Below, piece by piece: positions 24,607 to 37,289 of a DNA stretch of 64,000 nt (the first letter of the stretch is position 1; every line of letters starts with the position of its first letter). A model generated the notes under the pieces. That model made no database searches, was not told the origin of the DNA, and was given only the letters and a program-made list of their open reading frames with translations. Made by a program: the position numbers and the translations under genes. This stretch comes from Rhina ancylostomus (Eukaryota), in assembly GCA_030265395.1 (NCBI GenBank), contig JARFYF010000112.1, forward strand, positions 22,854,633 to 22,918,632, written 5' to 3'.

Positions 24607-24990
24607 TTAAAGATGAGAATGAGCTAAAATATTCAGCAAACCAACCAAAGTGAAAAATTTTAAAAGAGCCTTTGACACAGTCTTGGCATTAATATTTCTG
24701 AGTGATATTGCCTCTGGAAATCTAGAAGTTGCACACATGATGGTTAACAAATACTGTTTTAGAAATGCTTTAGACTTTGGCAATGGGCCAACACAGTCCT
24801 CAATCATCTTTGAAAAGGGTTCACCAATGGCAGGAATAGGCTGCAAAGGAGCCACAGGGGGACTTTGATTGGGTTTACCTACCATCTGACATATGTGACA
24901 AGTTCTACAAAACATCACGACATTCTTCCTCAAACCAGGCCAAATGAATTGTTACACTGCTTTGGTGATGATCTATTGATGCCAAATTCA
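24607..24990 (-). mobile_element. Ty3/Gypsy LTR retrotransposon integrase fragment
   Basis: ORF 24607-24933: WPGLRKNVVMFCRTCHICQMVGKPNQSPPVAPLQPIPAIGEPFSKMIEDCVGPLPKSK..QYLLTIMCATSRFPEAISLRNINAKTVSKALLKFF. Covers the CxxC of the HHCC finger and the start of the rve core, truncated before the second catalytic D. Confidence 0.9.
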
Positions 24991-25147
24991 TGTCAGAAAG
25001 AGATGTGTTATCTTGTAAAACCTTTGTTGCACAAAAGGATCTTAAAATCCTAACAAATCTATACCAAGAATTACAAAATGTTGTGTAATGCATACCAATG
25101 TAATTTTATAAAAAATGAATATAAGATTGAAAATTATACACGTTTGT

Positions 25148-25270
25148 AAGCAAAAGCAAAATTCTGCAGATGTTTGAAATCTGGAATAAAAAAATACTAG
25201 AAAAATCCAGCCGGCCAGGCAGCAACTTTGGAGAGAGGAACGGAGTTAACGATTCAGATCTATGAACTTT
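25148..25270 (-). mobile_element. PLE terminal fragment (old)
   Basis: CTGCAGATGTTTGAAATCTGG...CCAGCCGGCCAGGCAGCAAC...GGAGAGAGGAACGGAGTTAACG. Confidence 0.6.
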
Positions 25271-27851
25271 AATCATTATTTTTGTTAGTTCTTTTACTGT
25301 ATCTACATAAAGTCTAAAGGTGAAGAATTTGTAATACAATACAATCCACCTTGTAAAACAAGCACTGGTTATAATCAAGATACGTTGCGGTGAAAATGGA
25401 TTGGATGACACTAGCTGTTTCACTGCTAATCAACTGATAATTGATTTGACCTTAAGTAAATTGAATTTGTGACTGATTCCAGGTCAAATCCCATCATTTG
25501 TGGAATTCAACCAGCCACTTCCTGCAGTGAGTCATCCTTTTAAAGCTAATATGATTTCTACACCACCAACAACACAAGGGGAGCTGTTCTTTGACAGTAC
25601 GGATGTTGTTTGGTGACAACCTCACTGAAAGGCCTTTATTTTTTGGATTAGTATGACTTTCAATATTTAAGATCATAACATGAGTCATACCTTTCAAAGA
25701 TAAAAATTGCAATCATGTTTGAAGAACAGATCCTTTTTTTCCTGATAGCTGGCACGAACTGTACTAAACAGGCAAAGGCACAAAACTGGGATAGATATGC
25801 CCCTGTAACTTGGTATAGGAAAGAAATTGAAAGTAGTTATATCATAGGACAGTTGCATACGATATCAACAGTGCAACACCATGAAACAGTTAACTATAGG
25901 GTCACACTTTCAATTTTCACACATCTTTCTTTAAAATGGCCCAGATTTTCTTGACCAGTGTATGATACAGCCACATTTCCCTATGCAACTATCAAGGAAT
26001 TTGGGACTCCTACATAAGTTAGTGTAAATGCAGAAATGCCAAATTTCCTTGTCACTGCGGTCATTCCAACTGCAACGTGACTTCGTATTCTTCCTGGAGT
26101 TCAGCAGTAGATCATCAACATCTTGCAGTTTTCCAGCAGTTAAACTGGGAAATCTGCCCATTGAATATGTGCCAGGTTAAACGAGCACCGATTTAGCAAA
26201 TCCATTCATTTCGGTGGAGAATCATTAAGCTTCATGTAATTGGTATATTTTTAATTTTAATTTAAGCATGTGTATTATTTATAAGTGTTTCCAATGTGTT
26301 TGTTCTTCAAACATTTTATACTTTTAAGATGTTTTAATCGTGTTAAAACATTTTTGTATGATGTTTAGTAGTTTTAGAATTCATTTAATGCTTGACAGCT
26401 TTAACTGCGGGTTCAGCTTGGGGGCGTGTCAAACACTTCTGTGGGATTTATGATTGGAAGGTCCTGTGCTCTGGTCAGCAGGTAGATACAAGGTGGGGCT
26501 GGGCAGCTTCCAGGAAATTCCAGCCCTATGACTTCACTTGTTTTATACACTTATGCAAAGTCAACATATTTTGTGCAAAGTAATTACTTTAAACCAAGGT
26601 ATGATGCCAACTATGGAAAAGAAGCATTAACTTGCACAAGGGCACATCTTAATTCCTATCCTTACCCATAACCACTCCTGGCTTTGTTCTATAGTATACA
26701 GTAAAAGTCATTACATTCCTCAACTTTAACCTCTCTGAAGTGTTTCCAACAAAAATAGCCTCTTTCCCAGTAGCCAGTGAAGGACAGAGACAATTTCAAT
26801 ATCATAAAGCTGGCTACCATCAAATGTTCTCAATATTAAATCAGGCAAAAATGTTTCGTGGCTTGTTAAATAATCCCTTTTTATTCAAATTTATACCTGC
26901 CAAGATTCACTTATCTATGATTAGCTGATGTCAGCAGTGTAACAGCATTTGCTGAGGACTATAATTTTTAGTACAATAAGGCTTGCATCAACTATTCCCG
27001 CTCTTACACATCAGTTCATTCCATCAGGCCTTTCAAGATGCTTCTTAAGAGACCTGCAGAGAAAAAGAATGCTTAAAAATGGATTAAACAGCTCTTCATT
27101 GCACTTTGGATAATTTGAATAATTTGACCCATTCCTCTTTTGCATCAGTTCCTCTACAGTGCGTTCTGTCAAATTACAAAAATGCCTAACAGTACATCTA
27201 AATTTGAGCTCATTTTGTTTCTCAGGATTATCTTTACCTCCGGATGCATTATAAATAAACAAATCACATTTCTAGAGGCTATGTGAGTGTTTATAATCTT
27301 CTGCTACAGAAGCCAGCTTAATGTATTCTTTCTTTATTCATTTTCACCCTATTTTATGTTAAGAATTGTATTTTATATTGCAACAAAATTTCTTTTTCAT
27401 ATAAAAATAGGACCTTCTGAGATGTCCTATTTTTATTATCACAATTCGAAAGGGAATTGTGAGAAATCATTATCACAACTCCCTTTCAAAAACATTAGGA
27501 TGGACTTAGATAAGAATAATTTCTTTCATCATTTAAATTTATCCTTACAAGAATAAATTCATGAATTTGTAGGAAATGGTATAATAAAGGAGGGGCAATA
27601 CTACTGCATTTCTCTGTTTTGAATTCATCATTGTCGACCCACAAATTATATTACAGGGCATGAAATCAGCCATGACCAAGACATTTATTGATGCTCCACC
27701 CACTTTATAAGTACAATACGGATATCAAATTAACCAATATGGTCAATGACAGACAATAGGCAAAAGAGGCTTGTCTCAGACTCATGGCTGAAACAGATTA
27801 GTTTTTCTGCATTTCCAACCCTCTTGAGTGTGGTTTTCCTGCTATTCTCAG

Positions 27852-28061
27852 GATGTTTTGGCATTTTTGTTTGCATTGGCTCTGGTTTATGGCTGGCTGG
27901 ATTTTTCTCCATGCGTGGAACAGCAGAACAGGAATTGGATCATGGAGATGGGCAACTTTGGAAGGGACTCCTGCTCATATTTGCAACAGGGCTTTATTAT
28001 GGAGAGCTGTACTTCATGATGGGCAGATCACTGCCCCATACGAGCATCAAACTTCTGCTAC
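27852..28061 (+). CDS. Candidate internal exon (210 nt, symmetric) of an unidentified gene
   Basis: Acceptor TTTTCCTGCTATTCTCAG| and donor TAC|GTAAGC. Length is a multiple of 3 and it is open in phase 1 (CFGIFVCIGSGLWLAGFFSM...LWKGLLLIFATGLYYGELYFMMG) and phase 2. No homolog recognised. Confidence 0.25.
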
Positions 28062-29344
28062 GTAAGCAGTGTTAATAAATAAGACTTGCAGACAATACAG
28101 CACTGCATTTTTGTTTAGGTAGGCACTGCACGACTGAAAGTCAAGAGAGTCATTATACATTTAAATGTATACCGCATATTATCCTAGCAGTTGTATTAGA
28201 AAACAGGGCTTTGCATCAATCAGAAAGCAGTGTGGGTTTGCCTAAATGGGAATTGTATTTGTATGTATTGACTTGTATGTATAAGTTGCCTTTGGTGTCA
28301 GCATGATGTGCAACCAAAGACCAAACAAAACCTTCATCCAAGTTTTCATTACGATATGTTAGCTTGCTAATGTGCCAAAATACATTCAATATACCATTAA
28401 TTGGCTATCTTTGTACTGCTACTTGGTCTGCAGGTCAAATGCTTATAACATAGTTATAATCTATTCTAATTTTCCCCATTGCTTCTGAAACGGAGATGCA
28501 GGTGGATATATTTTGTGATAATGTTAATATGTTTATTGCCTGATGACCATTCATTCCATCGCTGTTTAATAAAACCAGATTTACTCAATCACCAGCTGCA
28601 AAATCCCATAAACCATTCAGGAGCATCAGCACACTGGGAGCAACATTTCGTTGCAGCATGGATGTTTGTCCATCACACACTGAACAGACTTAATTTTGAA
28701 AGTATCTAAACTGGTGTTAAATAAATCATTTGTTAAGTCAACTTTCATTTTGTGTCGAATAAAATAGGAAAATGGTGGTACTTTGAAAATGTTATTATTT
28801 GAAATGCACAATTAATGTAAAACACATGACCAATGAAATATTTAATATTAAAAGATTATTAATCAACTATCAGTAGTACAATAGAAGTATGCAAATATGA
28901 AATCAGTTTCCATAAAATGTCTCCACTGTTTGTGAACATGTTTTTACTTTCTCTCACAACTCGATGAACCTTTTTCTCTAAGGCTCTTCCTCCTTCCCCT
29001 CTGCCATTTTTCTGCGGAATTAATGATCTGATATATTTAGTTTCCAATCTTGATCATCTTGCAGCCACAGTTCAGTGATGATTACCTTGTCACATCCTTC
29101 AATTGAATTTGCTTCCAAAATTCATTCAATTTGTTCCTGATCCTCCATGAACATATAACAAGTGGTATAAAATAAGCTGTCTTACCTATGCATTTATTAT
29201 TTCTTCTGTGAACTAAATTACTTTACGTCCGTTGGTATCTCTCATTTCTGTCTGTTAGTTTACTCTTTCTGTTTCCTTTATTTTAGAACTATAATTAATT
29301 CTATCCTTATCCTCTGAAACTTCCTCGAATTTTCTCCAACCCAA

Positions 29345-29560
29345 CCCCCACTTACTTCTTTAAAGTGCTTGTGACCAATCTAAGTGTTCTGCTTAAACCC
29401 TGCTCCAGCCTGCTTCAGATGTAGCCCATCATAATGGTACAACTCCTTTCTAATCCAGTGGTAGTGTCCCATGAATTCAAACCCATCTTTCCAACATCAT
29501 TTCTTAAACCATGTGTTTTCCTTCCCAATTTTCTTTTCAGCCATTATCATGCCAAAAACA
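29345..29560 (-). mobile_element. CR1 ORF1 (SGNH esterase-like) remnant
   Basis: Minus-strand translation NTWFKK*CWKDGFEFMGHYHWIRKELYHYDGLHLKQAG carries the DGLHL motif of CR1 ORF1 esterase domains. Confidence 0.7.
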
Positions 29561-29589
29561 GAACTGGGCTCACGATCACCTCAGTGGCA

Positions 29590-29985
29590 AAGGCTATAGG
29601 AAGACCTAATAGAAGTTTATATAAAATTACAAGGGGCATAGATAGAGTAGGCAGCCAGTATCTTTTTGCCAGGCTCGAAATGTTGAAGAATAGACGGCAT
29701 GCAGTTAAGGTGAGAGAGGGAAAGTTCAAAGGATATGTGCAGGGCAGGTTTTTCTTTGCACACAGAGAGTCTCAGGTGCCTGGAATGACTTGCCAGAGGT
29801 GATGGTAGAGGCAGTTACATTCAAGGTGTTTAAGAGGCTCTTAGATAGGTAAATGAATACACAGAGAATGGAGTGATATGGGCCATGTGCTGGCAGAAAA
29901 GATGAGGTGTCATTAGCTTACTTAGTTCGGCACAACATTGTGGGCTGAAGGCTCTGTTCCTGCACTGCACTGTTCTATGTTCCAG
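29590..29985 (+). mobile_element. CR1 LINE 3' end
   Basis: YKITRGIDRVGSQYLFAR..RHAVKVREGKFKGYVQGRFF...WNDLP, then GGCACAACATTGTGGGCTGAAGG..CTGTTCTATGTTC tail. Confidence 0.85.
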
Positions 29986-30709
29986 AAGTGTATATCTTTT
30001 ATCCTTATTCCTGTGGAAGTGTGCATGTGGCAAGGTAATAATTTTCAAGCTAAAATCTTTGCCTTGTTCTTTAATTAGCTTAGATTCTTTAATTAGTTTA
30101 ATTTGTTCAAACAGGAGTTTGTGTCAATTGTGTTTACAAAAAGGATTCCCCCCACCCTCTATGGAATCCTTCCAAGTAGGTGTGATATGTCCCTGCCTTG
30201 GTATCAGGTAGGCAATGTATAATTCAGGGCTCTTAATTCTGCTTCTACAAGATGCATTCTGTGCTCCTAATTATAGAATCTCTCATGACTACCCCACCAT
30301 GCTACCCACTCCTCCTTTCTTCTTTGGATGGCCTCCTACTCTAAGGTGCCATGTCAATATTCTGCCACAGTCTTTCTTCTTTTCCTCAATGGTAGCAAGT
30401 AACATTAAACCCACTGGATTGGATCCATTTCGGCAGATCCCCATTCTCCATCTCAGGTGGACTTCCCTCTGTACGTCATCAATCGCAAACTCTCCACTGA
30501 CCCCAAATCTCTCCAGGATGTATAATTGAGTTCTGGAACAAACACCCAAATAGCCACTCACGTTTTATGGGAGGATTATCCCCAATCTATGCTACAGAAA
30601 AATTACTTCTGTGGGGAAACAGGAGCATTTGGGACAGTCTCACTGAACGTACACTTAACATGTAACACATATAACCTGTTCTACAATAACTCAGTCTATG
30701 TTATTTATA

Positions 30710-31005
30710 GCAACACACACAAAAAACTGGAGGAACTGAGCAGGTCAGGCAGCATCTATGGAAGGAAATAAACAATCAACGTTTCGGGTTGAGACCCTTC
30801 ATCAGGTCCCAATAAATGGCCTCAACCCGAAACTTTGACTGGTTATTTCCCTCCATATATGCTGCCTGACTGTCATGGTTCTGAGTGTGCGCATTTGGGT
30901 TCTCTGTGAGTTTGATCTGGATCAACACTGTGACACTGACCTGCTGAGTTCCTCCTGTATTTTGTGTGTAACGGTCCAGATTCCAACATCTGCAGAATCT
31001 CTTGC
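30710..31005 (+). mobile_element. PLE fold-back mini-insertion with 16-bp flanking direct repeat
   Basis: Inverted arms centred near 30807. Direct repeat GTCTATGTTATTTATA at 30694-30709 and 31006-31021. The left arm has an intact CTGATGA-A-GGGT..ACCC-GAAAC-GTT on the minus strand (30778-30805). Confidence 0.75.
30871..30935 (+). mobile_element. 65-bp internally deleted solo LTR
   Basis: TGTCA...TGACA termini and 5-bp TSD CTGAC (30866-30870, 30936-30940). Both ends match the copy at 43517-43763. Confidence 0.75.
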
Positions 31006-32179
31006 GTCTATGTTATTTATACTTCACTGTTTAGTTTGTTGTGTTATTTTTAATTCGACACACTAATTTGCACCATAAATTAAAATGCTGACAAATTTTA
31101 AATTAACATCTTTATACAAACTAAAATAGGCAGTATTTATAACCAGCATTGATATAGGCTTCACCAGAGCCTCACGTACAGCAACATTGCAAACCTCAAG
31201 GCCACATCTTTCAGCAACCCTGCCTTGTGTTAAACTATGACACCCAAAATGAGAAGCACCCACTGTCAGATTTGCCTCTCTTTTATGGGATACTGTGGTA
31301 CATAGCCACATGAAATAGCAACTAATTGGGAGGGGGAGAGCAAGGAGAGATGCTCCTAACTGTCTTAACTACCATGGAAAAGAATGTGCTGCCTATCATT
31401 TCTGATGCCCATGGTTAACTCCATGGCCAGTGGTGGGACTGAAATGTTCAAGACGCTAGTATCCTCATTCCTAATCTTCATCATCACTTCTCATTCACCG
31501 TCCTCTGTGATCAGATCTTGTTGGGTGGCCGAACAGGTTTGAGAGGCCTTATTGTTGAGTNNNNNNNNNNNNNNNNNNNNNNNNNNNNNNNNNNNNNNNN
31601 NNNNNNNNNNNNNNNNNNNNNNNNNNNNNNNNNNNNNNNNNNNNNNNNNNNNNNNNNNNNNNNNNNNNNNNNNNNNNNNNNNNNNNNNNNNNNNNNNNNN
31701 NNNNNNNNNNNNNNNNNNNNNNNNNNNNNNNNNNNNNNNNNNNNNNNNNNNNNNNNNNNNNNNNNNNNNNNNNNNNNNNNNNNNNNNNNNNNNNNNNNNN
31801 NNNNNNNNNNNNNNNNNNNNNNNNNNNNNNNNNNNNNNNNNNNNNNNNNNNNNNNNNNNNNNNNNNNNNNNNNNNNNNNNNNNNNNNNNNNNNNNNNNNN
31901 NNNNNNNNNNNNNNNNNNNNNNNNNNNNNNNNNNNNNNNNNNNNNNNNNNNNNNNNNNNNNNNNNNNNNNNNNNNNNNNNNNNNNNNNNNNNNNNNNNNN
32001 NNNNNNNGCATTGCCCACCAATAAGCATGTGTTTATTTCAGGGAGAATGGAGGATTCTGATGCCAGTTTAACATGGTTCTGCATGGAGCCTGGACCCTAT
32101 CCTTGCTTGCTTGGAAATGCGGGAGACATTTGTTTTTACACTTAAGATTCAATTGTGATACAGAATCTGACAACAGATC

Positions 32180-32360
32180 TCAAAGGTTCTAATGCACTTC
32201 CTCTGTAGCTGTGACACTTTACTCTGTATTCTGTCATTGTTTTTACACTGTACTACCTTAATGCACTGTGTACTGAATTGATCTGTATGAACAGTATGCA
32301 AGACAAGTTTTTCACTGTACCTTGGTACATGTGACAATAATAAACTAATACCAATCTGAA
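32180..32360 (+). mobile_element. LINE (Rex/Babar-like) 3' UTR
   Basis: TTGATCTGTATGAACAGTATGCAAGACAAGTTTTTCACTGTACCTTGGTACATGTGACAATAATAAACTAATACCAAT, similar in layout to the Rex 3' ends above. Confidence 0.55.
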
Positions 32361-34059
32361 GACTACAGAGGAAGCTTAAATTGGTGGCATACAAATTCAG
32401 ACTGGCATCATCAAGGATTAGAATGTGGTTTTCAGAATGATTTAGTAGTCCAGCAACCTCTCCTTCAGCAGATTATTGGTATTACCATGCCACTGATTTC
32501 AGGGAGAATGTCTGATGTGTGGATGACAGGATTGTAATCCTACTGTTACCACTCTACCAGTGGCCTTGCTGCTGACAGCTAATCCAGGCCATTACTAAGG
32601 AGGTATGGACCTCTACGACTTGACTTCCTGCTGGAAACCACAAAGCATTTGTGGAACTTCACCAACAAACAAAAGAAAAAACCAAGGATTAACATGTAAG
32701 AAGTTAATTCTTTGAAATAGGGTTTGAGATTGCGGAATTCTTCCTGCTACTCATTGCATGTTCAGTCACGTATGTATAAGAAAGTTAGCCAGAGCATTGA
32801 ATTACAAAATGGGAACATTGACATCAAATCAATGTTGCACATTATGATCTCCGACAGGCTCTCACTGCACATACACTAACCTCCAACCAACAGAACAATT
32901 GTTGCAACATGCACAAGTGCAATGGATGTCATTTTAGACATGGAAGGAACCCCAAAAATGGCACTTTTAATGATTCTGACAAGGATAATGTTAACATACT
33001 ATACAATCACAGCAATCCTGTTATGTGTAAGGTTAAGAGCTAATAATATAAAATTAACCAGATGAGACCAAAAAACATTTTCATTACTAGACCATAATTT
33101 ACTTTAGAGTGTTTGGTATCACAAATTATTTCTCCTCAAATGATTAATCAACTAAAATGTACTTACAAAAAGGACAATGACTAATGAAGAACTTACTTGA
33201 AACAAGGATAAATAATTATTCAGAAGCATCTTCTGTAGTTTCAAATCATAATTACTCCACAAGAAATAGCTTTAACTGCAAATCAATACCTCAGGTTGGT
33301 TATGATCTATGAGGTAAAAATAATAATGCTGCAAAGAATCCTCCCAAAAATAAATATTAAAATTCAAAGAATGCTCTTAAATTCTATCCAAGATGTTTAT
33401 GCTTTTAATTAATGAAAGATTTTCTTGGAAAATTAAATTCAATAACTGTTATTTTTGACATTATAATCCAGTCGGATCAACAAAAAGGAGTGTGAACCCT
33501 TATCTAGTCAGCCACTGCATAAGCAAATTGCCTGTGAGGATCTGAGGATTAGGAGTGGAGTCCATCACAGGATCAGTGTCAGTCAGCAGAAAGACTCAAT
33601 TTGTGAGCAATCAAGGTTTTGTCATCTCATCCTTTGGAGAGCTAATGGTTGTGTGGTCAAGTATTCGACTCCCGTACCAGATGATCAAATTCGTAAATGA
33701 CCATACAGAAAATGTACATGGTATTCAAAGAAATAAAAAATCAGGACATCGTTAAATATCTACATAATTACTGCCAACATGACCTGTTTGCATGTTGTTG
33801 AAAAGTACAAAAGGTAAAAACAATACAAACTGTGACTATTTCAATAACAGAAGCTTAAGTCAAGAATGGAGGAAGGCAGCATTAGTATAAAAACATTTGT
33901 AACGAGATGTTAAACTATATTCAAATGTTTTATGTACATGATTTTTTTTTCCAATTTAATTATTACGTGTTCAATACTGCCATCATAGTACAGTTATTTA
34001 TAAGGAAATTAATATTTCCTTAAAATTCTTTAATTTACTAATTTGAGATTTTAAGTTCC

Positions 34060-34372
34060 CCCATAGGATGTGAATATTGCTGCAAATGTATTTCATTTCT
34101 AATTGTGTCATAAACTGAACAGCCAGTTAAGCATCCACCATATGGGTCAGACTGAGTAAGCGTGGCAGATTTCACTCCCTGAAAGAAATTAGGAGTTCTT
34201 ATAACAACACTCCAGTATCTTCACCATTACTGAGACTAGCTTTTCACTCTAGATTTATTTAATTACTTGAATTTAAATTCCTCATCTATCATTCTGGGAT
34301 TCAAACTCACATCTTTGGATCAATTGGCCTGGCCCCTGACTGTTAGCCCAGTTGCTTAACCACCACACCACC
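34060..34372 (-). mobile_element. Old tRNA-derived SINE
   Basis: GGCAGATTTCACTCCCTGAAAG...TTACTTGAATTTAAATTCC...GGGATTCAAACTC (reverse B-box). Homologous to 41460-41840. Confidence 0.6.
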
Positions 34373-34429
34373 AGTTGTCTGTCAGCACAAAGTTTTACAT
34401 TAGCAGTGAGAATTCTGAATACATATTCC

Positions 34430-34540
34430 AATTAATGACAGTCAACAAAGATTTGTGAAGGGCAAGTTGCATCTGACAAGCTTGACTGAGCTTTTCAATG
34501 AAGTAACAGACATTCAATGATTAGTTGTTGATGCTGTGTA
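34430..34540 (+). mobile_element. CR1 RT domain fragment
   Basis: INDSQQRFVKGKLHLTSLTELFNEVT..VDAV resembles the CR1 SQHGFVKGRSCLTNLIEFFEEVT..VDVVY motif. Confidence 0.7.
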
Positions 34541-37289
34541 GAAAGGAATAGGAGTACAGGATAGTAGGAAGCCACTAAGTCCCTCAAGCCTACTTAGTGA
34601 AGTGCTCAGTTATGGGCAGAACAAATTGACTGGACTGTGAAATGAGTGCATATATGGCATCACAAAAAAAGGGAGGAGGGGGAGAAGAGATTCTATTATG
34701 GAGATGATTCAATGGAGAGAGACTGGTGGTTTCTGTAGAAAATTGTGGGACTCAGGTGCCAGGTGCTGTTGTCCGTGAAGACAGTCAGAAGGCATCAGCT
34801 GTAGTGCTGACTGGGAGGATTGATGTTGTAGGAGGTGAGGGTGGGGGATGGAAGTGGTCATTGGCAATCAGGATGGGTGGGCTATTTACTGACAGGGGTG
34901 TTTCTGGGATGGTCCGGGATTGCTTGGGAAGATGATCAGGAGGGATTGGTCAGGTAGACGATTAGTTGGGGCATTTGGACATCACTGGGTGAGATGCTGA
35001 GGGTGGGGGTCAGTAACAGGATGACTGGGAATGTTGCTAGTCAGGGCAACATTTGAAGGGGGCCGAGGACAATCCCAGGGATAGTGATTCAGATATGATT
35101 AGTAACAAAGAATATTTCAAGAAGAACCAACTTGGAAGAAATTGGATACCTCCAGTTCCCACGTCAACTATTATTTCACAAAGTACCGATCTCATCAAAC
35201 AGTTGAGTTTTTTTAAATTCATCTAGTGACAGATAGAAACACTTGCTATAAATTTTAAGGCCTCTTTCTATGTATAGAAACCTGCATGTAAAGTTTGTCA
35301 TCTCACAGTGCAGGAAGAAATTTAAAATTCTAACAATTTATTGATTAATATTCAGTTTCCATTCAAATGGGGTTTCAATGTCATGGAATTCTTTGTCCAT
35401 AATTCAATGTTTCTGAAGCATCCTCTTTTTTTATCTGACAGTTGTACACTATGCTTTTACTGTTAGATTTTCTTCATCTATCTATCATTAAGGAGGACAT
35501 TATTTCAAAACTGGAAATGATATTTGTTACCTTGTTACTTCATAGTTTTGCACATTTACTAAAAGACTAAAAGCAGGACGAGAATATAGCCACGACATAC
35601 CAATGCTCTTAATATGCCATAAAATGATTAATCATAACAACAAAATCAATAAATTGCCACTGTTGTAAATAATTTAGTGATGTGAACAGTTTAAAATTAA
35701 CAAATAGCCCTACATTGGACTTATTAAAAAAATTTCTAATGGATTTAGAGTTCATACTCATGGACATAAAATGCGCACTAAAAATTACTTTTAGTTTTTA
35801 TATTGCATATATAGTAAGAGATTGCTGCACATAACTATTAGTTAAATAATATCTTGTTTCTGTTGATGCATTGAAAGTAATCTTAATTATTGCAAAAGTG
35901 TGTTGTATTCTCATAAGTTTTTGTTGTTTGTGGGTGAAAGTAATTCGTGTTTATGATACCTCTATATGACAGTGTCTTCATATATTGATTTACCCGCTGA
36001 CATCATTGATGCTGCAATCAGGACGTGATCACACTTCACGATTGGTTTTCTACATAAACATCATGATGTGAGAATAAACTTCTCAGGCATTCTGATTCTT
36101 CAGTGCATTGCCCCGAGAACCTTCAACTTACATCTCCAAACTAAATCACAAATTACTGTACATGTTTTTTCAGTTTTGTAAAATAATTGATCAGTGTTCA
36201 TGTTTTGGTAAATATTACCACTCTTGTTCTGAATGTGCTGCTGCTAGAATCAGCAGTTCAATAAGAAAACTAATCTCTCATATTATCTCCTCAGTCTGCA
36301 CCAGCATCAAGCAGCAAAGGTCCTTGTGGAAAGGGAAATGTAGCAATGGATTGGCAATGACTAGGGAAATGTAAATTTGTCATTAAGAGGTAATCCATTA
36401 TTTCATGTAAAATGACAAAATTAGTGTTCCAAACTTTTGTTGGTCACATCCATATGCTTTTCCCTCCTCCACACTCTCAATCAAAGTTCTTGTTGGAAAT
36501 AACCACCANNNNNNNNNNNNNNNNNNNNNNNNNNNNNNNNNNNNNNNNNNNNNNNNNNNNNNNNNNNNNNNNNNNNNNNNNNNNNNNNNNNNNNNNNNNN
36601 NNNNNNNNTTTAAACTGGGCCTTCAATTATGCCTCCCCCAAACCCCACCTCCACCAGATTAAGTGCTAGTTCCAAGCAGTTTCTATGCTTTGTAGAGGTG
36701 TTTGCAATAAATGACAGGGAAACTCTTTAGTAAATATATGTTTTCCCATAGCTTTGCTACAGTTATTCTGTGAACATTTAATATTGAAATTCTGGGCCTA
36801 AGTTTTGCCTTCTTCCAGTCCTAATTTGAGTTACTAAAAAATAAGATGTCAGAAAATCCTGAGGAGAGCAGTTATTCTGCATTACCATTGGTTTTGGGCC
36901 CTGCTCCTTCTTCCATCTAAGTCTGTAATTGCTGCCTGAAGTTTGCCAATTGTGAAAGGGAAGGTAGAAGCCACTTGTCAGTTTTAGTTTCATAGGTGAG
37001 CTGGATTTCAAATCTACAGTGCCACCAAGGAAACCTAGCAGAAGGACAACAGGGGGTGGACCAACAGGTAGGACGGGCCAAAAAGACTCACGGATATTGA
37101 ACTGTAGTCCAGAAGTCTTTCTAAAGGCAACTTTTATATTTCAGTTTTTGCACACTGTTTTTTTCCATATATCCAGTTCAACCCATTGGGTCCATGCCGA
37201 CTCTCAGAGCAATCCCATTCCCCTACTGAATTTCTCTGTCAGATATGCTCCCACTAGGTAATGCACTTTGGGAAGGCAAAGCCTGGTAG

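Noticed and set aside
24430-24652. Near-identical ~60-bp duplication flanking a gap, resembling an LTR or TSD next to the integrase
   Set aside because: Most likely two haplotypes or contig ends left uncollapsed at the gap.
31491-32145. Long ORFs of 160-270 aa here and at 21606-22406 and 37637-38284
   Set aside because: They are open only because they run through N stretches.
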